Shown: one piece after another, positions 23,003 to 33,766 of the stretch
How positions within the stretch are numbered: the stretch's first letter is position 1
Layout: the number at the start of each line of letters is the position of its first letter
Assembly: GCA_963575745.1 (NCBI GenBank)
Contig: CAUYUJ010000134.1
Location: forward strand, 1-64,000
Direction of reading: 5' to 3'
Source: Prorocentrum cordatum
Lineage: Eukaryota
DNA length: 64,000 bases
The notes under the pieces: generated by a model
Seen by the model: the letters and a program-made list of their open reading frames with translations, nothing else
What the model was told of the DNA's origin: nothing
Databases searched by the model: none
Made by a program: the position numbers and the translations under genes

Positions 23003-23808
23003 CTAGTCTTTTGGGAAACCTTTGGACGTGATTTGCGCCATCACTTTCCCCAGCACCTGTACCACGAGCTCGTCCCTCAAAATACGAATGTCTTCAAGGG
23101 GGATGCCCAAAAAACGGTTGAGGTGGTATTTGACGAAACCGAGCTGCTTCATGTCCCGCCGCTCCGCCTTCGTGAGGTTTTCTGTGAATCTTACGGTTCG
23201 ATGTGGGGCTCCTCCTGGTACTCGGGGTGGGCTGTCTCGCATCAATTTGTGGAAACCGTTTTTGCTCGCAAGTGTCTGGAACTCTATGTATCCGACGCTG
23301 GTGGGGTCAGTCATGCAGAACACGTTGTGCACCCGGTCCTGGTAGTTGTGGTCCTTGGCTAATTGCGTCAAGTACCCGACGACGGAAACTTCGGAGGTGT
23401 CTTTTGGAAATCCGTGTGCCACCAGTTGCAAGTTCTTGTTGTGTGTGCTGGGGCTGCCTTTCATGCTCTCAAATGCTTGTTGTAGTTGTTGTACTTGAAG
23501 AGCTGTGGCGTCAGTCTTGGCGTGAAGCGCTTTGACCTCGGTAACGTTCGAACCCTTGATGTCATCGATCTGGTGCTGCATGCCTTCAATGTTTCCTCAT
23601 TGGCCTGATCGTACTTCGTCATTCGCTCGTCCATGATGCTGCGCATGCGCTTGGACATGGGATCGACGATAGCTTGGTCTCTAGGCTCGAGTGCTGGCTC
23701 CTGATCCTCATGCCGTCCTGTCTTTGCGTGTTTGGGTTGCGGGGTGGAGCCGGTCGCGGTCATTGCCTTCCGGATGCCATCCGAGGGGCGCTCGGGCGAG
23801 AGCGACAT
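23003..23808 (-). pseudogene. LINE ORF1 (coiled-coil plus RRM-like region), one frameshift near 23585
   Basis: MSLSPERP... joins the MQHQIDD... frame. A heptad-like segment precedes LVAHGFP...GYIEF...RFTENLTKAER, resembling ORF1 RRM/CTD. Confidence 0.7.
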
Positions 23809-25013
23809 GATGTTGGAGAGAAGTAAAGATGGTAGATGGAAGTGGAAGTGTAGAGTGAAAGTGTAAAGTGAAAGGAGGAAAGAGGGAGGAGGAGGGGGGG
23901 GGAGGAGGGAGGTGGGAGGAGGAAGGAGGAGGGAGGACGGGGAGCAGGAGGACAGGCAAGCAAAGTGTCAAAATCGGAAGATCGAGCACCACAGCGGGCT
24001 GGGCCACCTCCCTCAACCCCTCCCATAACATGTGGTTGCTCGAACGCCACACCGGGCCTGGCCATCTCCGAAAAATCCTCCCATAACATAAGGTTGCTCG
24101 AACGCCACAACGGGCCCGGCCAACTCCCGCATGTCCTCCCATAACATATGGCATGCCCAAACCGAAAAGAACGCTACATGTATCCGCTCACTTGAACGGC
24201 ACGTCGCTTCCGACATTCGGGGCTCAAACGGGAAACTTTTCGGCCTGCGTAAATATTCACAGCACCGGATCGCAAACTCTCAAATCTCCCAAGCCCCCGG
24301 CGTGTTTCCAGGGGCTCCCCCATGTAGTCACTTGACCTTCTCTGGGCCAAGAGAGCCCCAAGACGGGCCAAGGAGAGGGCCACAAGAAGCTCCCATGACG
24401 GCCCAAGAGCTCCCGTAGAGCGTTTCCTCTTCCAACCTCAGTTTCTTCCGCTTCGGGAAAGAGCTTACCTCTCCCTCTACCCCCACCCCCTGGGTCTGCA
24501 CTGGGCGCCCCGCGAGCGGTCAGAGCGTCCAAGATGACCCAAAATTGCTCCAAGAGGGCCTCAGAGAGCCCCAGATGGCCTCCAAGATGGTTCAGGATAG
24601 CGCAAGATCGCTCCAGATGGCCTCCCACATGCTCTAAGAGGCCCCCCAGACCAATCCAAGACGGGCCCAAGTGCTATTCAATGCTCTGCAATGCTAACAC
24701 AACGCCATGCACTCCAACCCCATGAAATGCTACGGAATGTTATGCAATGCTATGCCACGCTACGGTTTTCAATGCAATGCAAATGATATGTAGTGCTATA
24801 CATGATCTGCAATGTTACGCAATACTATGCGACGCACTGCTGCATGACGCAGTGGCGTGCCATGGACTGCTTGGGCATATGACGAAACGTCGCAGATCCT
24901 GGCAAGCCTAGCGGTACAGTATCAGATTGTTAGTGCGATTGCGATTTCGCATGATCATGCCGATGTTTGCTGTGGATGTCTGAACTCCGAGCTGAGAGGG
25001 GCCCGTGCGGAAA

Positions 25014-25919
25014 CTACCCGACATGCATTCTGTACGCGGTTGAGCGCTGTTGGCCACCGCTGTTGGCCCTGACCTTCGCGGGCACGAGACCTCGCGAGAG
25101 GAGCGTGGGGCAAAAGCATTCGCTGCGCAGGGCTAGCAACTGCCGCTGGCCTGCACTCCCCCCCCCATCAGGCCTCATGGGCCCAACGCTATCCTTCAGG
25201 TAGCATTCACCGTTGTTGGTCACAGTCCAGCCCTTGCATTGGCCCCCGGAAGCCTGGCACCTCACCTTGCAGAACTCTGCGTTCTGCACTTGGATCGGGC
25301 CCTCGTAATTGTGCCCATCGTTGTTCTGCTGGTTCTGCTGGTCCCCGCAGCTGGGGTAGCAGTAGCCGCTGCCCTGAACGCCCGCATCGCTCTGCATGTC
25401 CCCGACGCTTGTCTTCAGGTAGCACTCGTTGTTGTTGGTCACGGTCCAACCCGTGCACTTGTTGCTCCCGCTCATACCGCACAATCGCTTGCAAGTCTCA
25501 GTGTCGGTGTTGACGATCGGGCCCTCGTAGTTGCTGCCCCAGTTGTTGTTCCCATTCCAGGTGCCCCCGCAATAGTACGAAGGTCCAGAGCTGAGGCCTC
25601 CCTGCTCACTGCCGCACACCCGAGTGGAGCAACTGCTGTCCCAATCAGATTGCGTGTTGTAGTACTGGTGGGCCTTTCCAGGGCCGCAGTTCGGGCCTGA
25701 GCACTCCACGTGGCAACCGGGGGCATACATGCGGTTGTTCCAGTCCGTGCCGCAGTCGCTGCACTCCCCAGCCGGCCTCCAGCAGCAGAAACTGCTGCAG
25801 TCTGACGCAGACGCGAGCGAGGTGCTGTTTGCTGCGTAGCCGCGGAGCTGCCGAGCGGACGGCCCCATGTCCGCCGACGCCACTGCAGCGAAGCCGATCA
25901 CCTGCATCGCACGCGCCAT
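25014..25919 (-). CDS. Secreted Cys-rich PAN/apple-domain protein (copy 4) with frameshifted, extended C-terminus (301 aa); possibly a pseudogene
   Basis: Intact up to ...PMRPDGG. The 9-C tract shifts frame, bypasses the normal stop at 25133 and replaces VQASGNC with a longer tail. Confidence 0.7.
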   Translation of the reverse strand: MARAMQVIGFAAVASADMGPSARQLRGYAANSTSLASASDCSSFCCWRPAGECSDCGTDWNNRMYAPGCHVECSGPNCGPGKAHQYYNTQSDWDSSCSTRVCGSEQGGLSSGPSYYCGGTWNGNNNWGSNYEGPIVNTDTETCKRLCGMSGSNKCTGWTVTNNNECYLKTSVGDMQSDAGVQGSGYCYPSCGDQQNQQNNDGHNYEGPIQVQNAEFCKVRCQASGGQCKGWTVTNNGECYLKDSVGPMRPDGGGSAGQRQLLALRSECFCPTLLSRGLVPAKVRANSGGQQRSTAYRMHVG

Positions 25920-26866
25920 GCTGTCACAGCGGGTCTCTGGCAAGCTGAGCACAAACGGGGCGCGAGTAGAGAACTGTAACCTGGAGCCTTGAGCCTACAG
26001 CCGAAACGGATCGATATGAGCGCGTCGGTTGGGCGAATCAAGGTGCCAGGTGATTGAACACGCCGCAGATACATTATCAGCGGAGCAGAAGACAGTACGT
26101 GATGTGATGACAACCAGCTCGGTTTTGCTACAGCCTCCTCCAAGTGAAAAGCCGCTTTCTGCAAGTCTGGCCTTCTGCTCAGGGGCCCACCTCTTCCTCC
26201 CATCCGAATTCTTTGTTCTGGCGAGGGCTTCGATTCGAGCCGTAGCTGGAGATCCGCATGATCCGCGTGAGTGGTGTGCCGAAGTGGGCGGGGTCCCGCA
26301 TGTGGACGCGCCCACTGGGGCCGCTGGTGGAGCTCCCTGTTGGGCACGATCCGCGGGGGGCGGCGTGCGACGGCGCCCACTGGGGCCGCAAGTGGAGCTT
26401 GCTCTGCAATGCTAACACAACGCCATGCTATGCAATCCTATGAAATGCTACGGAATGCTACAAAATATTATGCAACGCTATGCAATGCTGCGGTTTTCCA
26501 TGCAATTCAAATGATATGTAGTGCTACGCATGCTCTGCAATGCTACGCAATACTATGCGACGCACTGCTGCATGACGCAGTGGCGTACCATGGACTACTT
26601 GGGCATATGACGAAACGTCGCAAATATTGGCAAGTCTAGCGGTACGGTATCAGAGTGATAGTACGAATGTGATTTCGCATGATCATGATCCTGCCGATGT
26701 TTCCTGTGGATGTCTGAACACCGAGCTGTGGGGGGCCCGTGCAGAATCTACCCGGCATGCATTCTGTACGCGGCTGGGCGCTGTTGGCCACCGCTGTTGG
26801 CCTTGACCTTCGCGGGCACGAGACCTCGCCAAAAGAGCGCGGAGCAAAAGCATTCGCTGCGCAGGG

Positions 26867-27649
26867 CTAGCAATTGCCGCTGGCCTGCACTCCCCCATCA
26901 GGCCTCATGGGCCCAACGTTATCCTTCAGGTAGCATTCACCGTTGTTGGTCACAGTCCAGCCCTTGCATTGGCCCCCGGAAGCCTGGCACCTCACCTTGC
27001 AGAACTCTGCGTTCTGCACCTGGATCGGGCCCTCGTAGTTGTGCCCATCGTTGTTCTGCTGGTTCTGCTGGTCCCCGCAGCTGGGGTAGCAGTAGCCGCT
27101 GCCCTGAACGCCCGCATCGCTCTGCATGTCCCCGACGCTTGTCTTCAGGTAACACTCGTTGTTGTTGGTCACGGTCCAACCCGTGCACTTGTTGCTCCCG
27201 CTCATACCGCACAATCGCTTGCAAGTCTCAGTGTCGGTGTTGACGATCGGGCCCTCGTAGTTGCTGCCCCAGTTGTTGTTCCCATTCCAGGTGCCCCCGC
27301 AATAGTACGAAGGTCCAGAGCTGAGGCCTCCCTGCTCACTGCCGCACACCCGAGTGGAGCAACTGCTGTCCCAATCAGACTGCGTGTTGTAGTACTGGTG
27401 GGCCTTTCCAGGGCCGCAGTTCGGGCCTGAGCACTCCACGTGGCAACCGGGGGCATACATGCGGTTGTTCCAGTCCGTGCCGCAGTCGCTGCACTCCCCA
27501 GCCGGCCTCCAGCAGCAGAAACTGCTGCAGCCTGACGCAGACGCGAGCGAGGTGCTGTTTGCTGCGTAGCCGCGGAGCTGCCGAGCGGACGGCCCCATGT
27601 CCGCCGACGCCACTGCAGCGAAGCCGATCACCTGCATCGCACGCGCCAT
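26867..27649 (-). CDS. Secreted Cys-rich PAN/apple-domain protein (copy 5), 260 aa
   Basis: Intact ORF; variants SGC, CCWR, DNV. Confidence 0.85.
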   Translation of the reverse strand: MARAMQVIGFAAVASADMGPSARQLRGYAANSTSLASASGCSSFCCWRPAGECSDCGTDWNNRMYAPGCHVECSGPNCGPGKAHQYYNTQSDWDSSCSTRVCGSEQGGLSSGPSYYCGGTWNGNNNWGSNYEGPIVNTDTETCKRLCGMSGSNKCTGWTVTNNNECYLKTSVGDMQSDAGVQGSGYCYPSCGDQQNQQNNDGHNYEGPIQVQNAEFCKVRCQASGGQCKGWTVTNNGECYLKDNVGPMRPDGGVQASGNC

Positions 27650-28701
27650 GCTGTCACAGCGGGTCTCTGGCAAGCTGAGCACAAACGGGGCGCGAGTAGA
27701 GAACTGCAACCTGGAGCCTTGAGCCTACAGCCGAAACGGATCGATATGAGCGCGTCGGTTGGGCGAATCAAGGTGCCAGGTGATTGAACACGCCGCAGAT
27801 ACATTATCAGCGGAGCAGAAGACAGTACGTGATGTGATGACAACCAGCTCGGTTTTGCTACAGCCTCCTCCAAGTGAAAAGCCGATTTCTGCAAGTATGG
27901 CCTTCTGCTCAGGGGCCCACCTCTTTCTCCCATCCGATTTTTTTGCTCTGGCGAGGGCTTCGATTCGAGCCGTAGCTGGAGATCCGCATGATCCGCGTGA
28001 GTGGTGTGCCGAAGTGGGCGGGGTCCCGCATGTGGACGCGCCCACTGGGGCCGCTGGTGGAGCTCCCTGTGGGGCACGATCCGCGTGAGGCATGTGCCGA
28101 AGTGGGTCGGGGGCGGCATGCGACGGCGCCCACTGGGGCCGCAGGTGGAGCTCCTTGTGGGGCACGATACGCGTGAGGCGTGTTCTGAAATGAGCGGGGG
28201 GCGGCGTGCGACGGCACCCACTGGGGCCGCAAGTGGAGCTTGCTCTGCAATGCTAACACAACGCCATGCTATGCAATCCTATGAAATGCGACGGAATGCT
28301 ACAAAATATTATGCAACGCTATGCAATGCTGCGGCTTTCCATACAATTCAAATGATATGTAATGCTACGCATGCTCTGCAGTGCTACGCAATACTATGCG
28401 ACGCACTGCTGCATGACGCAGTGGCGTACCATGGACTGCTTGGGCATATGACGAAACGTCGCAGATACTGGCAAGCCTAGCAGTACGGCATCAGAGTGTT
28501 AGTACGAATGTGATTTCGCATGATCCTGCCGATGCTTCCAGTGGATGTCTGAACACCGAGCTGTGGGGGGCCCGTGCAGAATCTACCCGACATGCATTCT
28601 GTACGCGGCTGGGCGCTGTTGGCCACCGCTGTTGGCCATGACCTTCGCGGGCATGAGACCTCGCCAGAGGAGCGCGGGGCAAAAGCATTCGCTGCGCAGG
28701 G

Positions 28702-29484
28702 CTAGCAATTGCCGCTGGCTTGCACTCCCCCATCAGGCCTCATGGGCCCAACGCTATCCTTCAGGTAGCATTCACCGTTGTTGGTCACAGTCCAGCCCTT
28801 GCATTGGCCCCCGGAAGCCTGGCACCTCACCTTGCAGAACTCTGCGTTCTGCACCTGGATCGGGCCCTCGTAGTTGTGCCCATCATTGTTCTGCTGGTTC
28901 TGCTGGTCCCCGCAGCTGGGGTAGCAATAGCCGCTGCCCTGAACGCCCGCATCGCTCTGCATGTCCCCGACGCTTGTCTTCAGGTAACACTCGTTGTTGT
29001 TGGTCACGGTCCAACCCGTACACTTGTTGCTCCCGCTCATACCGCACAATCGTTTGCAAGTCTCAGTGTCGGTGTTGACGATCGGGCCCTCGTAGTTGCT
29101 GCCCCAGTTGTTGTTCCCATTCCAGGTGCCCCCGCAGTAGTACGAAGGTCCAGAGCTGAGGCCTCCCTGCTCACTGCCGCACACCCGAGTGGAACAACTG
29201 CTGTCCCAATCAGATTGCGTGTTGTAGTACTGATGGGCCTTTCCAGGGCCGCAATGCGGGCCTGAGCACTCCACGTGGCAACCGGGGGCATACATGCGAT
29301 TGTTCCAGTCCGTGCCGCAGTCGCTGCACTCCCCAGCCAGCCTCCAGCAGCAGAAACTGCTGCAGTCCGACGCAGACGCGAGCGAGGTGCTGTTTGCTGC
29401 GTAGCCGCGGAGCTGCCGAGCGGACGGCCCCATGTCCGCCGACGCCACTGCAGCGAAGCCGATCACCTGCATCGCACGCGCCAT
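28702..29484 (-). CDS. Secreted Cys-rich PAN/apple-domain protein (copy 6), 260 aa
   Basis: Intact ORF; variants WRLA and GPHC plus several silent changes. Confidence 0.85.
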   Translation of the reverse strand: MARAMQVIGFAAVASADMGPSARQLRGYAANSTSLASASDCSSFCCWRLAGECSDCGTDWNNRMYAPGCHVECSGPHCGPGKAHQYYNTQSDWDSSCSTRVCGSEQGGLSSGPSYYCGGTWNGNNNWGSNYEGPIVNTDTETCKRLCGMSGSNKCTGWTVTNNNECYLKTSVGDMQSDAGVQGSGYCYPSCGDQQNQQNNDGHNYEGPIQVQNAEFCKVRCQASGGQCKGWTVTNNGECYLKDSVGPMRPDGGVQASGNC

Positions 29485-30537
29485 GCTGTCACAGCGGGTC
29501 TCTGGCAAGCTGAGCACAAACGGGGCGCGAGTAGAGAACTGTAACCTGGAGCCTTGAGCCTACAGCCGAAACGGATCGATATGAGCGCGTCGGTTGGGCG
29601 AATCAAGGTGCCAGGTGATTGAACACGCCGCAGATACATTATCAGCGGAGCAGAAGACAGTACGTGATGTGATGACAACCAGCTCGGTTTTGCAACAGCC
29701 TCCTCCAAGTGAAAAGCCGATTTCTGCAAGTATGGCCTTCTGCTCAGGGGCCCACCTCTTCCTCCCATCCGAATTTTTTGCTTTGGCGAGGGCTTCGATT
29801 CGAGCCGTAGCTGGAGGTCCGCATGATCCGCGTGAGTGGTGTGCCGAAGTGGGCGGGGTCCCGCATGTGGACGCGCCCACTGGGGCCGCTGGTGGAGCTC
29901 CCTGTGGGGCACGATCCGCGTGAGGCATGTGCCGAAGTGGGTCGGGGGCGGCATGCGACGGCGCCCACTGGGGCCGCAGGTGGAGCTCCTTGTGGGGCAC
30001 GATACGCGTGAGGCGTGCTCTGAAATGAGCGGGGGGCGGCGTGCGACGGCGCCCACTGGGGCCGCAAGTGGAGCTTGCTCTGCAATGCTAACACAACGCC
30101 ATGCTATGCAATCCTATGAAATGCGACGGAATGCTACAAAATATTATGCAACGCTATGCAATGCTGCGGCTTTCCATGCAATTCAAATGATATGTAATGC
30201 TACGCATGCTCTGCAATGCTACGCAATACTATGCGACACACTGCTGCATGACGCAGTGGCGTACCATGGACTGCTTGGGCATATGACGAAACGTCGCAGA
30301 TACTGGCAAGCCTAGCGGTACGGTATCAGAGTGTTAGTACGAATGTGATTTCGCATGATCCTGCCGATGTTTGCTGTGGATGTCTGAACACCGAGCTGTG
30401 GGGGGGCCCGTGCAGAATCTACCCGACATGCATTCTGTACGCGGCTGGGCGCTGTTGGCCACCGCTGTTGGCCCTGACCTTCGCGGGCACGAGACCTCGC
30501 CAGAGGAGCGCGGGGCAAAAGCATTCGCTGCGCAGGG

Positions 30538-31320
30538 CTAGCAATTGCCGCTGGCCTGCACTCCCCCATCAGGCCTCATGGGCCCAACGCTATCCTTCAG
30601 GTAGCATTCACCGTTGTTGGTCACAGTCCAGCCCTTGCATTGGCCCCCGGAAGCCTGGCACCTCACCTTGCAGAACTCTGCGTTCTGCACTTGGATCGGG
30701 CCCTCGTAGTTGTGCCCATCGTTGTTCTGCTGGTTCTGCTGGTCCCCGCAGCTGGGGTAGCAGTAGCCGCTGCCCTGAACGCCCGCATCGCTCTGCATGT
30801 CCCCGACGCGTGTCTTCAGGTAGCACTCGTTGTTGTTGGTCACGGTCCAACCCGTGCACTTGTTGCTCCCGCTCATACCGCACAATCGCTTGCAAGTCTC
30901 AGTGTCGGTGTTCACGATCGGGCCCTCGTAGTTGCTGCCCCAGTTGTTGTTCCCATTCCAGGAGCCCCCGCAGTAGTACGAAGGTCCAGAGCTGAGGCCT
31001 CCCTGCTCACCGCCGCACACCCGAGTGGAGCAACTGCTGTCCCAATCAGATTGCGTGTTGTAGTACTGGTGGGCCTTTCCAGGGCCGCAGTTCGGGCCTG
31101 AGCACTCCACGTGGCAACCGGGGGCATACATGCGGTTGTTCCAGTCCGTGCCGCAGTCGCTGCACTCCCCAGCCGGCCTCCAGCAGCAGAAACTGCTGCA
31201 GTCTGACGCAGACGCGAGCGAGGTGCGGTTTGCTGCGTAGCCGCGGAGCTGCCGAGCGGACGGCCCCATGTCCGCCGACGCCACTGCAGCGAAGCCGATC
31301 ACCTGCATCGCACGCGCCAT
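30538..31320 (-). CDS. Secreted Cys-rich PAN/apple-domain protein (copy 7), 260 aa
   Basis: Intact ORF; variants NRT, GGEQ, GSW, KTRV. Confidence 0.85.
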   Translation of the reverse strand: MARAMQVIGFAAVASADMGPSARQLRGYAANRTSLASASDCSSFCCWRPAGECSDCGTDWNNRMYAPGCHVECSGPNCGPGKAHQYYNTQSDWDSSCSTRVCGGEQGGLSSGPSYYCGGSWNGNNNWGSNYEGPIVNTDTETCKRLCGMSGSNKCTGWTVTNNNECYLKTRVGDMQSDAGVQGSGYCYPSCGDQQNQQNNDGHNYEGPIQVQNAEFCKVRCQASGGQCKGWTVTNNGECYLKDSVGPMRPDGGVQASGNC

Positions 31321-32332
31321 GCTGTCACAGCGGGTCTCTGGCAAGCTGAGCACAAACGGGGCGCGAGTAGAGAACTGTAACCTGGAGCCTTGAGCCTACA
31401 GCCGAAACGGATCGATATGAGCGCGTCGGTTGGGCGAATCAAGGTGCCAGGTGATTGAACACGCCGCAGATACATTATCAGCGGAGCAGAAGACAGTACG
31501 TGATGTGATGACAACCAGCTCGGTTTTGCTACAGCCTGCTCCAAGTGAAAAGCCGATTTCTGCAAGTATGGCCTTCTGCTCAGGTTCCCACCTCTTCCTC
31601 CCATCCGAATTCTTTGCTCTGGCGAGGGCCTCGAGTCGAGCCGTAGCTGGAGATCCGCATGATCCGCGTGAGTGGTGTGCCGAAGTGGGCGGGGTCCCGC
31701 ATGTGGCAGCACCTACTAAGGCCGCTGGTGGAGCTCCCTGTGGGGCACGATCCGCGTGAGGCATGTGCCGAAGTGGGTCGGGGGCGGCATGCGACGGCGC
31801 CCACTGGGGCCGCAGGTGGAGCTCCTTGTGGGGCACGACACGCGTGACGCGTGTGCTGAAATGAGCGGGGGGCGGCGCGCGACGGCGCCCACTGGGGCCG
31901 CAAGTGAAGCTTGCTCTGCAATGCTAACACAACGCCATGCTATGCAATCCTATGAAATGCGACGGAATGCTACAAACTATTATGCAACGCTATGCAATGG
32001 CATGCTCTGCAGTGCTACGCAAAACTATGCGACGCACTGCTGCATGACGCAGTGGCGTACCATGGACTGCTTGGGCATATGACGAAACGTCGCAGATACT
32101 GGCAAGCCTAGCGGTACGGTATCAGAGTGTTAGTACGATTGTGATTTCGCATGATCCTGCCGATGTTTCCTGTGGATGTCTGAACACCGAGCTGTGGGGG
32201 GCCCGTGCAGAATCTACCCGACATGCATTCTGTACGCGGCTGGGCGCTGTTGGCCACCGCTGTTGGCCCTGACCTTCGCGGGCACGAGACCTCGCCAGAG
32301 GAGCGCGGGGCAAAGGCATTCGCTGCGCAGGG

Positions 32333-33115
32333 CTAGCAATTGCCGCTGGCCTGCACTCCCCCATCAGGCCTCATGGGCCCAACGCTATCCTTCAGGTAGC
32401 ATTCACCGTTGTTGGTCACAGTCCAGCCCTTGCATTGGCCCCCGGAAGCCTGGCACCTCACCTTGCAGAACTCTGCGTTCTGCACTTGGATCGGGCCCTC
32501 GTAGTTGTGCCCATCGTTGTTCTGCTGGTTCTGCTGGTCCCCGCAGCTGGGGTAGCAGTAGCCGCTGCCCTGAACGCCCGCATCGCTCTGCATGTCCCCG
32601 ACGCGTGTCTTCAGGTAGCACTCGTTGTTGTTGGTCACGGTCCAACCCGTGCACTTGTTGCTCCCGCTCATACCGCACAATCGCTTGCAAGTCTCAGTGT
32701 CGGTGTTCACGATCGGGCCCTCGTAGTTGCTGCCCCAGTTGTTGTTCCCATTCCAGGAGCCCCCGCAGTAGTACGAAGGTCCAGAGCTGAGGCCTCCCTG
32801 CTCACCGCCGCACACCCGAGTGGAGCAACTGCTGTCCCAATCAGATTGCGTGTTGTAGTACTGGTGGGCCTTTCCAGGGCCGCAGTTCGGGCCTGAGCAC
32901 TCCACGTGGCAACCGGGGGCATACATGCGGTTGTTCCAGTCCGTGCCGCAGTCGCTGCACTCCCCAGCCGGCCTCCAGCAGCAGAAACTGCTGCAGTCTG
33001 ACGCAGACGCGAGCGAGGTGCTGTTTGCTGCGTAGCCGCGGAGCTGCCGAGCGGACGGCCCCATGTCCGCCGACGCCACTGCAGCGAAGCCGATCACCTG
33101 CATCGCACGCGCCAT
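32333..33115 (-). CDS. Secreted Cys-rich PAN/apple-domain protein (copy 8), 260 aa
   Basis: Intact ORF sharing the GGEQ/GSW/KTRV variants with copy 7. Confidence 0.85.
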   Translation of the reverse strand: MARAMQVIGFAAVASADMGPSARQLRGYAANSTSLASASDCSSFCCWRPAGECSDCGTDWNNRMYAPGCHVECSGPNCGPGKAHQYYNTQSDWDSSCSTRVCGGEQGGLSSGPSYYCGGSWNGNNNWGSNYEGPIVNTDTETCKRLCGMSGSNKCTGWTVTNNNECYLKTRVGDMQSDAGVQGSGYCYPSCGDQQNQQNNDGHNYEGPIQVQNAEFCKVRCQASGGQCKGWTVTNNGECYLKDSVGPMRPDGGVQASGNC

Positions 33116-33603
33116 GCTGTCACAGCGGGTCTCTGGCAAGCTGAGCACAAACGGGGCGCGAGTAGAGAACCGTAACCTGGAGCCTTGAGCCTACAGCCGA
33201 AACGGATCGATATGAGCGCGTCGGTTGGGCGAATCAAGGTGCCAGGTGATTGAACACGCCGCAGATACATTATCAGCGGAGCAGAAGACAGTACGTGATG
33301 TGATGACAACCAGCTCGGTTTTGCTACAGCCTCCTCCAAGTGAAAAGCCGATTTCTGCAAGTATGGCCTTCTGCTCAGGGGCCCAGCCCTCTTCTGCCCC
33401 TGCCGCCTTCTACTGCCCAGCAAGTCTTCCCCCATGATGTTCCTCGAACTCATCCTCATCCTCATCCATGCTCTTCCTAGTCCTCGAAATTTTCTCAACG
33501 TTCTGCTGCTCATGTACCCCGTCCTCCTTCCTCCTCCTCCTCGTCCTTCCCCATCCTCGCCCCCCTCATCTTTAGCCTCGTGCTTCTCTCGCTTCTCCGC
33601 CTC

Positions 33604-33766
<163 letters not shown>

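Larger units (their letters stand above)
16914..23871 (-). mobile_element. Full-length, defective non-LTR retrotransposon (RTE/RTEX-like LINE)
   Basis: ORF1 plus ORF2 (APE and RT), 3' (TCGCA)n tail at ~16913-16933. Imperfect 16-bp TSD AAGGAGGACGGAGGGA (16898-16913) / AAGGAGGAAAGAGGGA (23872-23887); array spacer resumes on both sides. Confidence 0.9.
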
